The notes: generated by a model not told the origin, from the letters alone. A DNA stretch of 64,000 nucleotides from Nibricoccus sp. (GCA_047602425.1 JASGHG010000001.1:1950263-2014262); one strand, 5' to 3'; positions 1 through 11,082 are shown, numbered from the stretch's first letter. Numbers and translations: made by a program.

Positions 1-2667
1 TTGCGTAACGAATGACCTCCGCAGCACCGATCCACTTTTGGCCTTCAATACCGGCCAGCAAACGCCGATCAGAACCGATGAAGTCGATCAAATGGTTCGG
101 GTTAGTCGGGTCGGACCAAGCATTCAAAATTTCGATCGCCTTGGTCGCGTAGGCTGCGTCGCCCGTGATATACCACATGATCGCGTTCTGCAACGCTGCC
201 GCGCCATCACCTTCATAGGATGCGTTGTTTGCCGTTACACCCGCTACCGTGTTTCGGCCGACGTACTGCTTGGGTCCTAGCAGAGAGTAGCTGGACGACG
301 AATGAGAATCAGCAGCCAAAGTTAGGTAAGCGGTATAGTATGGCTCTTCATGAGCCGCGACCTTGGTGCGCATGCGGTTCAAGTCCGCCGTGGACCAATA
401 TACACCAGGATGCACAAAAGCGGGCGCGGCGACCGTAAACGTCAGCGTAGACACACCATAATGGCCATTGCTTGTGATCACTGTGAGGGTCACCGAGCCC
501 ACCGCCGCTGTCGGCGTGCCCGTGATCAACCCTGTGCTCGTATCCAACGTAAGCCCGGGCGGCAAATTCGCGACGGTGTAACTGGTCGCTCCGTTGGTGG
601 CAACGATTTGGAAACTATAAGGCGCGCCAACGTTAGCCGCCACAGTTGATGAACTAGTAATCACCGGCGCACCCGCATGCTGAGTGATCGTCAGTACAAG
701 CGGCGCACTCCCCGTGCCGATCCCGTTGGTAGCGGACTGGCTGATCGTGTAAGTGCCAGGCATCGCGATCGTGCCGGAAATTACGCCGGTCGCCATATCC
801 ACCGTTACGCCAGTTGGCAAATTCGTCGCATTGAAACTGGTCGGAACATGCGAAGCAGTGATTTGGAAGGCGAATGCCGTATCTGCTGCAAACGTGGCAC
901 TCTGGGCGCTGGTGATCACTGGCAGCGCCGGCGGCACCTTCAAGGTGACGTCATTGCCATCGCCACCGACATAGCTAATCTGAAAAGCATTTGAGCCGAC
1001 TGTAATCGCGGCGCCTTCAGCCAAACCGGTAAAGGTGCCTGAGACAGGATTGGCGCCCGTATTGTCGATGATTTTGAACGTCGTACCCGAAGCCAGCTCG
1101 ACAGAGCCCAGATCGTTCACACTCAAGATCGCACTACTCAGCGTCACGCTGCCAGCCACGACCTTGTCAGCCGTGCTCGCAGCGCTGTTGATCTCCACTG
1201 AATAAGTGGCATCCGATTGCAACGTGAGTGCGCCGGTCGTAGTAAAAGTGCCGATACCGCTATCTCCTGGAGCCAGAAACGCGTCAGCAGTACCCGAGGC
1301 ATTGCCGATCGTCACCGCAGCCGAGCTGCTGCTCGTACCGCTGAAAGTGCCTGCACTCACCGTCACTGCGCTGGCGATTGGCGCGTTGACTATCAAGGCG
1401 CCGCCCGTAACCGAGGTTGCTCCCGTGTAGGTATTGGACACTGAACCGACAAACGCGAGTGTGCCGGCAGTCACAGTCACACCACCCGTACCGCCCATTT
1501 TACCACTGATATCCTGGCGGCCCGAACCGTCTTTTTTCAATGGAGTCGCGTAGGACGTACCCGCAAAATCAAATCCGATAACACCGCCAAAATCTCCCGA
1601 GCCATTGGCCGATCCCACCGTCAGTGTATTGGTTCCCCAAATACGCCCCAGGCTGTTGCCATTCAAGGCATCGACGGTCGTTGCATTATTCAGCAACAGG
1701 CCCGCCAAAAGATTATTCGTGGCGGTTTGGGTATTACCGATGGCTAAAGATTGATGTGGAAAAGCATCGCTCACCGTCGGTTGGATGAATCCTCGTTCGA
1801 CCTGGATTCCACCGCTAAACCCACTCCAATCCACATTCGTGACGCGCGAGTTTTTTCCGGGAACAGTCGAAGTCGCAGTCAGGCCCGAGCCTGTGATAGC
1901 GCCACCCGGTGCCGAGTTGAAAATCAGTCCCTGAGTGCCAAGGATCTTAAGCTTCCCCACCGTCCCGCTATTGGCATTACCCAGAAAATAGACACCGTTA
2001 CTCGAGGCCGAAAGAACAATTTTAGGCGTCGTGGCATCATTGGTCGCGAGGGTCAAACCATAGAGATTGGTGCCATTGCCGCCACTGACGAGCGTGAGAT
2101 CTGCTGTGGCTCCAGTGTTGGTCATTCCATACAACGTCACATTGCCATTCATGACCACGTGAGTAACCGAGCTGTTAATGCCGGGAAATGCCGCGATCGT
2201 GCTGTTGCTGTTCGGCACCACGCCACCGGTCCAATTCGTCGTCGTAAACCATGATTGTGGAAACGTGATCGTGCTGACAGTCGTGGTATTAACGGCGTTG
2301 ACCGCCGTTCCACCCGGAGTAGTTGAAAACTGCAAAGTCGTCCCCAAAACCGATACCACAAAATAATCGGCAGCCGTCGTGCCAAACGGATTGGTCGTGG
2401 CCGTCGTGCCCGTAAAGCGGATCACATCCCCCACCGACCACGTCCCCGTCGGCACCACCATATTAGGACTGCCCGCCGTTGAAGTCACGGACGAGCTGGT
2501 CACCGTAGCTGGCTTCGCGTTGTTGATCGTCGTCTGAGCTTGCGCTAAGGATACGCTCAAGCAAAAGCCGGTCATGATGATAGCCAAAGTTGACTTGCGA
2601 ACGTCTAATGAGGACTTCAGCGCTAAAATACTTTTCGTAAACAAAGAAGATGGGCTAGAGTGCATCA
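1..2667 (-). CDS. Large secreted multidomain protein, C-terminus cut by the window edge. Signal peptide, autotransporter-associated beta-strand-type repeats, two putative Ig-like domains, then an alginate-lyase-fold domain.
   Basis: Absent from the ORF track because it has no stop inside the window. My manual minus-strand translation from the ATG at 2667 stays open to position 1 (MMHSSPSSLFTKSILALKSS...). It has a G/T/S-rich beta-repeat region (TGGVTVTAGTLAFVGSVSNTYTGATSVTGGALIV; FQISYVGGDGNDVTL). Two Ig-like repeats follow (LPTGVTVDMATGVISGT, LPPGLTLDTSTGLITGTP). Then FVHPGVYWSTADLNRMRTKV...ILNAWS is collinear with the mature N-terminus of the 12442-13635 product. Confidence 0.75.
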
Positions 2668-2886
2668 TATCGTATTTGAAATAAATGTTATACAGTACAG
2701 ATCTAATATATAACTTATTATCAGATCTATTTAGGCATTTGTACCTACAGTAGTTATGCCTTTATATAGTTCTATCAGTATGGTTTTATAGAGTATTTTT
2801 CTTGGAGCGTCTGGGCTGCTGGAGGTATAGAAACCAAGAATCATAATATATCTAGTCCAGGTGCATGCCCTTCAATATTTGATCCG

Positions 2887-2900
2887 TTTTCACTGTTAAC
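2887..2900 (-). promoter_or_regulatory. Copy of the recurrent PUL promoter-region motif TTAMCAGTGWAAM
   Basis: Plus strand reads TTTTCACTGTTAAC, so relative to the minus-strand gene starting at 2667 it reads GTTAACAGTGAAAA. Confidence 0.45.
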
Positions 2901-3080
2901 TAACCCCACGCCAGACTGGCATGTGCCACCAGCCGCTTACGAGCGGTCGTAATTCGTAAGCCTGTCGGATAACGAATCACCTTGGTTTGGGCCATTATAA
3001 CCACATATTCGATCGCGAACACTTCAATTGGTTTACAATTCGCCAAAACAACCCCGATGGTGAATCCGTGTTCCAGGGCA

Positions 3081-3128
3081 AAATAAAAGCCTTGGCTCAG
3101 TTGAATCGAGCCAAGGCTTTGTATTTTT
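3081..3128 (-). terminator. Rho-independent (bidirectional-looking) terminator downstream of the TonB-dependent receptor
   Basis: Perfect 10-bp stem GCCTTGGCTC / GAGCCAAGGC (3089-3098 / 3108-3117), flanked by an A-run and a T-run. It lies about 50 nt past the stop at 3169. Confidence 0.7.
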
Positions 3129-3168
3129 CGTCTTAAATACAGGCCGCGAAGAGCCTGAAAGTTAAGAA

Positions 3169-6100
3169 CTAGAATTTCACGTTTGTCATGAGTGTATAAC
3201 TACGTGGCTGCCTATATTCACCAAGGCGGCTTGCCACCGATTCACGAGCAGGCGAGTTATAGTCGCCATTCAATGGGCGCATTGCGATTGCATCTGACCA
3301 AACCGGTCGTGTCTGGCCGAGAAGATTATCGATGCGCAGTGTGAAATTCAGCTCCAAACCCTTTCTCGGCTTCCAAGTGTAACCCAGCGTACCCGTCCAA
3401 ACATCCCAACTAGGCGTGTACACCGGAGTATAGGCATTAACCGTCGGATCATCGGCAAAAGTCGTCGGACCAGTCGCAATCGTATCCGCTCCGCGATAGC
3501 CAGCAACTAACCGACCACGATACTGATAACCGAGGCCAAAGCGGAGTCTTTTGAACATGCCAGTTTGTATAGCGTAATCGCTATAAGCATTGATTACATA
3601 GTTATCCAAAGATATCACTGTGTCCTTTTGGTAGTTGGCGGCGTTGCTATATAGGCTGTTAAAATTTGAAACAGCAGACGCTTGATCGATAGAGAAACGC
3701 CCTGGAAACCCAGCAGCAGCAGCAGCAGCAGCCGTAGTATAATAGAAATTATTAACAACTGCAGTTCCAGGTGCGCCAGGGGCCACTGGAGTGGGATCCA
3801 ACGTCGCACCTGTATCTAGTAGAATCTGTTTAAAGAGTTCCGTATGATCGGCGATGTACTTCAGGCTCATCGGATAGGAATTCACGTTTTCGAGTCGATT
3901 CTTGGAAATGCTCGCATTGATTCTCCAACCAGCGGAGATGTTTCCAACAATCTCGATTTCATGACCTTGGTTGTGGCGCCCGCGAATGTCATTCGCGGCT
4001 GCAAGAACATCCGAGCCACCACGTAAATTACGACCGGTGGAGCTATCGTCACCGATCACATTAGCACCGTAAATTCCGTTAATATTACCATTAGTATTCA
4101 CTTGGCCAACACCTGTACCGGCTGATACATAGGCATTAATTTCTTTGTCCTGATAATATGTGTAATTGATGCTCAGCCTTCCCTTGAAAGCCGTAAAGCG
4201 GGTGATAATGTCATAGCCCTTTGCCTCGGTCGGAGGCAGAATCGAGCCATCGACGGCAGGAGTGGTGCTGGCTGGGACCGAATAGCTCGTCGCACTGTTA
4301 TAACCGATCGACCACCACGGAAGGACGTGATATAGACCACCAAAAGCCCAATTTGTTTTTCCGCTTTTTAACGCAGGGGAATTGTAGTCATCCTGAAAGC
4401 GATCACCTTCGTACCGCAGATCCCTGAGCGCCACGCCTGATGGATTCGGTCCGGTGACCAACAGGCCGTTACTCACCACGTTCGCAAGGCTTTGCGTTGA
4501 ACTTGTCGGCCGATTTACCGCTGGGATGGCCCCGCCTCGAACACCGAGTGAGTTATATGGCTGATAGGTTAGGTTTGCCCAGTCAGCAGGAGCATCCGGG
4601 CGCCAAATTACGCTTCTACCATCCCAATCAGCAGGATAGTCACCGATACGCACAGACTGTCTGACCAATTGATTGAAATTGTCGCGCCTGAGGGCACCGG
4701 TAACAATGAGCTTCTTTTCGAAGAATGATGCATTCATGCCCGTCAGTGCATAATTGTACTTCGTAAACGAATTAGTTGCGCCCGTCGGTTGCGTCACCCA
4801 GCGCGGCTGGATTGTCGTATTCATAACGCTATTGGTTACGCCGTTCTGGGTATAGTTATTATCTTTAAAGGTGTATGCTCCGGTCGGGACATCGGCCGAA
4901 ATAGAATCGCCCCAGTAACTGCGCACCCGGATGACGTCGAGATCCTGCCAGCGTCGGTGATCAGGATTGACACCGAGAGACCACGCGATGCCTGGTCCAT
5001 TCCTAAAGCGCTGTTGGGTCGAACCACCCATGACATTGAAACCGTAATTGCCCCATTTGCCGAAATCCTTCAGATAGGCTGCGCCCAAGCGCCATGCTTT
5101 TGTCACACGGTCCGTCATGTTTTTGGTATAAGTGTTGTCACCATAGGGCCGGCCAAAATTGGGATTCTGGCTGCCGTCGGGAAGCACCCGGTTGATATCA
5201 ATATAGGTCGCCGAGGCCAGAGAACCCGTCGCAAGCCGGTTGACTTCGCCCTTTGCGTCAGCGTCTATAGCGGCCAGTTCAATCGAAAAATTATCACTGA
5301 ACGAGTGTTGAATAGTGAGCTGTGCATTGCTGTAATATGTTGTATTAATAGGGCCGCGGACAGAGTTCACGAATCTCTGGCTGGGAGTCGCGTAGTGTGC
5401 ATAGGGGCTCGCATTTATAGCGTCGAAACGGTTGCCCGGCAGATCCATTAATTCGCCAAACAAAAGCGGGCCGCCAGCAGTACCGAGGCCGTTTGTCCCG
5501 ACTTGAACATACGGACCATAAGGCGTGGTTGTAGAGCCACCGGCTCCCAAGGTCATTGGATCGTTTTGGTACTCCAAAACGGTATTACCAAGTCCAGAAC
5601 TGGGCGCGTATACATAATAATTACTTCCACGAGTACCAATACCGAGCGGATTTAGAACTGTGCTACCGCTGCTCGTAGTTACGGCCGATGGACCCGTTGA
5701 GGAAGTAACCGCTGCTCCCGTACCCAAGCCAGTACTACCGTTAAATGTTGTCGTACCGTTCCACCCCAAAAACTGGTCACCCAGCGCAAGAAGGGGGATT
5801 TGTCTCTTTTGCTGGCCGCGCTCGCCTTCCAAGCGAACTGTCGTCTTCGACGTGGGCTTGAAGCTGATAGTCGGAGAAATCGCCTGATTGTTGTCTTGCG
5901 CGAAATCGCGCCAGCCATCGGCCTTTTGATACAATATGTTAAGTCTAGCGGCAAAATATTTGTTGATCGGCTGGTTAAGATCAACCGCCGTTCTATAAAA
6001 GCCATATGAACCCGCAGTAGCGTCAACACGTCGGAATGCGCGGCTAAATTCGGCTCGCTTTGTCAGGGCGACTTGCGTGCCACCGAGTGTACCATTACCG

Positions 6101-6669
6101 AACATCACAGCATTGGGGCCGCGGGCGAAATCGACACGATCAAGGTTGTAGGTGTCATTCGGAGCATAGTAGGGAAAGAAATTTACCATGCGATTACCGG
6201 AAGCGTTGGCACCGCGCTGCTGACCCAAGGATGTAAGGCCAAAAGTATCGCCGCCACCAGCCGGATCCAAAATTTTAACTGAATTCGTCGCCCATTGGCT
6301 TGCTGAATTAATATCACTGATGCCCATCGCGTCGATGAACTCGCGGGTAAGGGATGAATAGGCCATCGCCGTATCTGTTAATTTGAGCGCCATGCGGCCG
6401 CCCGTCAGCGCACTGGTAGGGGCGAACCCGACGTCGCGGTTCGCGCTCACTTCGAACGGGGAAAGAACAAGCGGCTCGTCGGCTGGCTCTGCCGTGTCTT
6501 TAACCGATTCAACAGAAACTTTAGTCTCTTCTGGCTTCTTCTGGCCTGATTGGGCATCTTGACCGAAAGATTGCAGTGCAAATAAAAAGAATGTAGAAAC
6601 TGGTAAGACGTATCGCGGCAGCGACATCAGCCGACTGCGGATACGAAAGCTGGTCGTGTATGTGTTCAT
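3169..6669 (-). CDS. TonB-dependent outer-membrane receptor (1166 aa)
   Basis: Signal peptide, then a plug-like N-terminal region (VLSPFEVSANRDVGFAPTSALTGGR..., DRVDFARGPNAVMFGNG). A long beta-barrel-type sequence follows, ending in the terminal aromatic residue (...TNVKF). Confidence 0.9.
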   Translation of the reverse strand: MNTYTTSFRIRSRLMSLPRYVLPVSTFFLFALQSFGQDAQSGQKKPEETKVSVESVKDTAEPADEPLVLSPFEVSANRDVGFAPTSALTGGRMALKLTDTAMAYSSLTREFIDAMGISDINSASQWATNSVKILDPAGGGDTFGLTSLGQQRGANASGNRMVNFFPYYAPNDTYNLDRVDFARGPNAVMFGNGTLGGTQVALTKRAEFSRAFRRVDATAGSYGFYRTAVDLNQPINKYFAARLNILYQKADGWRDFAQDNNQAISPTISFKPTSKTTVRLEGERGQQKRQIPLLALGDQFLGWNGTTTFNGSTGLGTGAAVTSSTGPSAVTTSSGSTVLNPLGIGTRGSNYYVYAPSSGLGNTVLEYQNDPMTLGAGGSTTTPYGPYVQVGTNGLGTAGGPLLFGELMDLPGNRFDAINASPYAHYATPSQRFVNSVRGPINTTYYSNAQLTIQHSFSDNFSIELAAIDADAKGEVNRLATGSLASATYIDINRVLPDGSQNPNFGRPYGDNTYTKNMTDRVTKAWRLGAAYLKDFGKWGNYGFNVMGGSTQQRFRNGPGIAWSLGVNPDHRRWQDLDVIRVRSYWGDSISADVPTGAYTFKDNNYTQNGVTNSVMNTTIQPRWVTQPTGATNSFTKYNYALTGMNASFFEKKLIVTGALRRDNFNQLVRQSVRIGDYPADWDGRSVIWRPDAPADWANLTYQPYNSLGVRGGAIPAVNRPTSSTQSLANVVSNGLLVTGPNPSGVALRDLRYEGDRFQDDYNSPALKSGKTNWAFGGLYHVLPWWSIGYNSATSYSVPASTTPAVDGSILPPTEAKGYDIITRFTAFKGRLSINYTYYQDKEINAYVSAGTGVGQVNTNGNINGIYGANVIGDDSSTGRNLRGGSDVLAAANDIRGRHNQGHEIEIVGNISAGWRINASISKNRLENVNSYPMSLKYIADHTELFKQILLDTGATLDPTPVAPGAPGTAVVNNFYYTTAAAAAAAGFPGRFSIDQASAVSNFNSLYSNAANYQKDTVISLDNYVINAYSDYAIQTGMFKRLRFGLGYQYRGRLVAGYRGADTIATGPTTFADDPTVNAYTPVYTPSWDVWTGTLGYTWKPRKGLELNFTLRIDNLLGQTRPVWSDAIAMRPLNGDYNSPARESVASRLGEYRQPRSYTLMTNVKF

Positions 6670-6808
6670 AAAACGATTTTGGTGTTAGGGGATTGCTTGG
6701 ATTGCTTGGATTGCTAGGCGGGGGTGGGGATAAGAGCTCGCGAGGATACTCTTTGTTGGCAGTGGCAATCCTGATAAAAGGCCCCTTTTAGTACAACGGC
6801 TGCCTTAG

Positions 6809-6821
6809 TTTCACTGGTAAC
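6809..6821 (-). promoter_or_regulatory. Copy of the recurrent PUL promoter-region motif
   Basis: Plus strand TTTCACTGGTAAC equals GTTACCAGTGAAA relative to the receptor gene starting at 6669. Confidence 0.45.
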
Positions 6822-7107
6822 TATATTTGGCTACAATATAGATTCTGAATATTGATTTGGAAAGCTTTACCTTTTCGCCGCACATCTGTAAAAACGCCCT
6901 CGCAAAGGACGGATACAAACAGGAATACGAGTTTGCATAGCTGGCTTCTATCGGTTCAGGACGTGTTAGATAATATACTACACCAAACGACTCTGTGAAC
7001 CCGTCCTATAAATCCTCAACCATATGCCTTGATGACTACCCAGAGAGCCCAACCTCTCCATCCAACCCCACGTTGTTTTGATCCGCATTTTGCCATTAAA
7101 TTGTGCG

Positions 7108-7731
7108 TTAATCGGCGCTGATCCACAGGAGGGCATTACGTAACATTGCCGCAAAAGGCGCTGTCAGCCAAATTTCTGGATGATGCCCCGCAGTGAACAC
7201 GCACACCCGTCCTTCCCCGGTCTTTCGTGTCCAGCCAGCCGGCTGAACGCCAAAGGCAGTTGATGACCGCAAAAATATGTCGATATCACCTTGGTCGATC
7301 GACATCCGATACTGCTCGTCAGTGACGACAAACGAACCAATGCTGCCAGACGTGATTACATGAGACGCCCGTGGAATCAACTGTACCGGGCATTCTGGCG
7401 GATGATCGATAAATGCGCCTCCGGTTATACTGGCAACTGGCTCTGTAGAGAGACGACCTGCATTTCCTGAATGCAACACCAGCAGCCCTCCGCCTTGTTG
7501 TACATATCTGTACCAAATCTCCCCTTGCTGCAGAAAAATATCACCAAACTTCAGCCTCAAATTTGCTGCAATAATTACCGCATCATACTCAAACATCAAT
7601 GAAGTCGGGTTGATTACATTTTGCTCATACCAGTCGAATTCAAATGGTACTGAATCAATTAGCGGTTGCAGGCCTGCACGTACGTCGGCAGCGGGATGAA
7701 ATTGGTCTCCACAGATAACAAGTAGCTTCAT
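7108..7731 (-). CDS. ThuA-domain protein (trehalose-utilisation-like, class I glutamine-amidotransferase-like fold)
   Basis: MKLLVICGDQFHP..., GGGLLVLHSG, ITGGAFIDHP, VVTDEQY, GEGRVCVFTAGHH. This is the pattern I recognise from ThuA family proteins. I chose the start at the internal MKLLVICG. Confidence 0.7.
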   Translation of the reverse strand: MKLLVICGDQFHPAADVRAGLQPLIDSVPFEFDWYEQNVINPTSLMFEYDAVIIAANLRLKFGDIFLQQGEIWYRYVQQGGGLLVLHSGNAGRLSTEPVASITGGAFIDHPPECPVQLIPRASHVITSGSIGSFVVTDEQYRMSIDQGDIDIFLRSSTAFGVQPAGWTRKTGEGRVCVFTAGHHPEIWLTAPFAAMLRNALLWISAD

Positions 7732-7999
7732 GCTAAAAACCACAATCAAACGCCACCGCTAAAGAGCAAGAGCGCAAGTCCATCACAGTACACTCAGCTT
7801 CACTGCAACTCTGTTGTGCTGGATCCATAGAAAATCGATGAGCAACTAACTGCTTCTTATGATTCTCAGGTCGACTGAGCCAATTTGACCAGAAAATTAT
7901 CATCCGATGGATTACCAGTGTAAACTTCGGATTGCTCGAAATGTAGAATACAAAGGGAGAGAGCTGCGGCCCTTAATTATAAATTTTCACTTCTTCATT

Positions 8000-8767
8000 A
8001 TGAGTTCAATATTCGATCTGTTTACACTAAATGGGAAGACTGCTGTTGTGACTGGTGCAGCACGAGGGCTTGGCCAGGGCATCGCGATCGCCCTAGCAGA
8101 AGCAGGTGCTGATATCGTCGCTGTCGATATCCTTCCTGCAGCAGATACTGTACACCGAGTCGAGACGCTCGGGCGCAAGGCCATTTCGATCACTGCCAAT
8201 CTCGGCGAAAGGACATCTGTCTCCAAAATCATCGAAGACTCCAGAAAACATTTCAGCACCCTCGATATACTTGTTAATTGTGCAGGAATCATCCGCCGAG
8301 AGGACTTCCTTAAATTTTCGGAGAAAGACTGGGACGACGTGATGGGAATCAACATCGATATGGTCTTTTTTCTCAGCCAAGCATTTTGCAACGACGTGAT
8401 TTCGCGTAACAGCACGGGCAAAATAATCAACATTGCCTCAATGCTTTCATTTCAAGGAGGCATCCGTGTTCCATCTTATACGGCCTCAAAAAGCGCCGTC
8501 GCTGGCTTAACTCGGCTCATAGCCAATGAACTCGCCGGTAAAGGCATCAACTGCAATGCAATTGCCCCAGGATATATGGCAACAGACAACACCGCGCCCT
8601 TACGTGCTGACGCTACCAGAGCAAACGCCATTCTTGACCGCATTCCTGCCGGACGCTGGGGCACACCCGACGATCTCCGGGGCGCAGTAGTATTTCTTGC
8701 ATCGACTGCGTCAGACTATGTAAATGGATTTACTCTAGCAGTCGATGGCGGTTGGTTGGCTCGCTAG
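8000..8767 (+). CDS. kduD: 2-dehydro-3-deoxy-D-gluconate 5-dehydrogenase-like SDR
   Basis: MSSIFDLFTLNGKTAVVTGAARGLGQGIAIALAEAGADIV, NCAGI, YTASKSAVAGLT, and a C-terminal ...GFTLAVDGGWLAR. This is a classical SDR with a KduD-like N-terminus. Start moved to the internal Met at 8000. Confidence 0.8.
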   Translation: MSSIFDLFTLNGKTAVVTGAARGLGQGIAIALAEAGADIVAVDILPAADTVHRVETLGRKAISITANLGERTSVSKIIEDSRKHFSTLDILVNCAGIIRREDFLKFSEKDWDDVMGINIDMVFFLSQAFCNDVISRNSTGKIINIASMLSFQGGIRVPSYTASKSAVAGLTRLIANELAGKGINCNAIAPGYMATDNTAPLRADATRANAILDRIPAGRWGTPDDLRGAVVFLASTASDYVNGFTLAVDGGWLAR

Positions 8768-8798
8768 AACACCATAAGAGCACTCGCTATCCTTGATA

Positions 8799-8813
8799 CT
8801 TACCAGTGTAACC
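8799..8813 (+). promoter_or_regulatory. Copy of the recurrent PUL promoter-region motif
   Basis: CTTACCAGTGTAACC, upstream of the plus-strand gene at 9161. Confidence 0.4.
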
Positions 8814-9160
8814 TAAGTTATATTGTACATGGGTAAGGTCATGATACATAATTGCCGAGTTAAATGTTAGTTATCCGATGTTATAAGCAAGAAGACCGAC
8901 GCCCCAAGACGATACGTAACATCTGTTTGTGGACAGATTAAATACGTGTTTTTTTGGATATAATACGTGGTCAAAATTCATGCTCAGTAAGTTAGTTCGT
9001 TTGGGTATCCTGGGAATACTCCCCGCGGAGGGGTCCGCGGGGAGTGCTTTGTCACCTCAGATAACAAGAACCCAGCATCATTAGGAACGCATATTAAGCG
9101 GAATTAAATATTGATACGCTCCACGATGTTAACCCAGCCCATTGCACATCTCAGACTTAA

Positions 9161-10021
9161 ATGCAAAACCCGCCACACGGTCAAAGTTCACTGCCCCCTC
9201 GCCTTTCAAGCCACGTCAGTAGGTTTATAGGAATCGACGAAGGTAGAAATAAACTTTTGAAATTCTCCCCAGCGAATCCACAAAAAGAGTGGTGCATTTC
9301 CATTACTGGAAAGAGCCGAACACTTCAAACACTTGATGAAAATCGTCTACTAATGGTCAGCGACACGGGATTTTCAGAAATTGATACAACGAACGGTGAA
9401 ATGTTATCGGAAACTAAGTGCTGTTCTAGTGGAGTCATTTCCGCATTTCGGCTGCAATCAGGTCACACTTTCATCGGAGGCCTCGACCTTTTTAACAGGA
9501 AAGGAGTAACGTTCGCCGAACTCGATAGTCATACGAAACTGGTCAGGCAAACTACTTTCCCTGGTGACTATGTAAGACGAGCTACACTTACGGCCACTGA
9601 CACTATATTATTTACATGCGATAGTCGTGTGTACGAAGGAGACTGGTCCGGGGCAATTATCCGGGAATTTGCTGCAACTGGATTTCGTCACGCATGGAAA
9701 GCAGTCCGGACAAAAAATAATACAACTATTATCAGTGCTGGGTATGGGGCCTTTGTCGCTGAATTCGACATTAATGGCGGAATCATTCAGCGATGGGAGT
9801 GCACAAAATTCGTCGAGGCAATACGTCCCCATTTTTTTGGAGACTTTGAACTATTGCCTTCAGGCGAATTACTTGTCTGCAACTGGTTGGGGCATGGCGA
9901 GGATCTTGGTCGCACCGGACATTCCCTGCTGCTATTTTCTAGCGATGGGGACCTACTTGCGACGTGGCAGGATGCTGCGCGCATCTCTTCGCTACAGACT
10001 TTCGTGCTCACAATAGATTGA
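9161..10021 (+). CDS. Hypothetical protein, possibly a beta-propeller-like fold
   Basis: Clean 286-aa ORF with protein-like composition and beta-rich repetitive segments. I recognise no family. Confidence 0.5.
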   Translation: MQNPPHGQSSLPPRLSSHVSRFIGIDEGRNKLLKFSPANPQKEWCISITGKSRTLQTLDENRLLMVSDTGFSEIDTTNGEMLSETKCCSSGVISAFRLQSGHTFIGGLDLFNRKGVTFAELDSHTKLVRQTTFPGDYVRRATLTATDTILFTCDSRVYEGDWSGAIIREFAATGFRHAWKAVRTKNNTTIISAGYGAFVAEFDINGGIIQRWECTKFVEAIRPHFFGDFELLPSGELLVCNWLGHGEDLGRTGHSLLLFSSDGDLLATWQDAARISSLQTFVLTID

Positions 10022-10119
10022 GCCTAGCGCAATTCATTCGATCCAACCAGCACATGAATTTTGAAATTATCAGTAATACAAAATCTTTTCCGGCACCTAT
10101 GGTCACTTTTTGAAATAAC

Positions 10120-11082
10120 ATGCTCGTACCACTAAAATTTCTACCGATCTACAAGGAACGAGTCTGGGGCGGCCAAATGTTAGCACGCTCGTTCGATCGT
10201 ATTTTGCCAAAAAGCAACTCCATCGGAGAAAGCTGGGAAATAGTTGATCGACCCGAAGCACAATCGGTGATTGCCGAGGGCCCGCTAAAAGGACTCACCT
10301 TACGATCTGCGATCGAGCGTTACAGGGACAAACTGATGGGACCAGCCTGGCCCCCGGAGCGTCCATTTCCAATACTTGTGAAATGGCTAGATTGTCGCGA
10401 ACGCCTCAGTCTCCAGGTGCATCCACCTGCGTGCGTTGCACCCGAACTCAAGGCTGAACCCAAGACAGAAAACTGGTATATTGCACATGCAGAGCCTGAT
10501 GCAGCGCTTATTGTAGGTTTGCGGCAAGGTGTCACACGAGAACGTTTTGAAACTGCACTACGCGCGAACGCCCTTGAACAATGCGTGCACCGTTTTGGTG
10601 TAGCTACAGGCGATTCCATTTTAGTACACAGTGGTCAAATACATGCCATCGATTCGGGAAACTTGATTTTAGAAATCCAACAAAACTCTGACACAACCTA
10701 TCGTGTATACGATTGGGGACGAGCAGGCCTTGATGGAAAGCCACGTCAATTACACATTACAGAGTCCCTCAAATCAATTCGCTGGGACGACTTTGAGCCC
10801 AAACCCTTGCTGGCCTCAAAACAATCAACAACCATTGCGGATGCCAAAGAATTCAGAATCCGGCGTATTGTCTTGGAAGGCGCTTCCACTCTGAAGTTCG
10901 ACGAAAAGGAAGAACCCCGAATCCTAAGTGTGGTAACAGGCGAACTAAACTGCACCACCTTCGATTCGCTTACAACCGTGCGGCGAGGAGAAAACATCAT
11001 TATACCGTATGGTTTCTCCTACGCTTTCACTGCGGCAACTGCAACGACACTCCTAGTTACAGAAAATTTTGCTCGTGCGTAG
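10120..11082 (+). CDS. manA: Class I mannose-6-phosphate isomerase
   Basis: IYKERVWGG, ESWEI, LSLQVHP, ENWYI, HAIDSGNLILEIQQNSDTTYRVYDWGR. These are the cupin phosphomannose-isomerase motifs. Confidence 0.85.
   Translation: MLVPLKFLPIYKERVWGGQMLARSFDRILPKSNSIGESWEIVDRPEAQSVIAEGPLKGLTLRSAIERYRDKLMGPAWPPERPFPILVKWLDCRERLSLQVHPPACVAPELKAEPKTENWYIAHAEPDAALIVGLRQGVTRERFETALRANALEQCVHRFGVATGDSILVHSGQIHAIDSGNLILEIQQNSDTTYRVYDWGRAGLDGKPRQLHITESLKSIRWDDFEPKPLLASKQSTTIADAKEFRIRRIVLEGASTLKFDEKEEPRILSVVTGELNCTTFDSLTTVRRGENIIIPYGFSYAFTAATATTLLVTENFARA

Noticed and set aside
4789-5451. Long antisense or alternative-frame ORFs inside confident genes, for example 4789-5451 (+), 16633-17247 (-), 22289-23110 (-), 58845-59432 (+) and 60147-60767 (+).
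   Set aside because: Each lies entirely within a longer ORF that has clear family motifs. Each has an R/C/H-rich, non-protein-like composition. They are shadow ORFs of GC-rich coding DNA.
6690-6717. A tandem GGATTGCTT x3 repeat just upstream of the TonB receptor start codon.
   Set aside because: It is a very short microsatellite-like repeat with no second occurrence or obvious structure. I noted it but do not consider it meaningful without population data.
7798-7809. A possible ninth copy of the PUL motif (CTTCACTGCAAC) in the thuA/kduD divergent region.
   Set aside because: It is one nucleotide short and mismatched at several consensus positions, so it is too weak to count.
9029-9054. The hairpin CTCCCCGCGG-AGGGGT-CCGCGGGGAG, considered as the kduD terminator.
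   Set aside because: The stem is strong, but it lies about 260 nt downstream of the stop and has only a weak T-tract. It may be a terminator or a REP-like element, and the evidence is not enough to call it as a feature.
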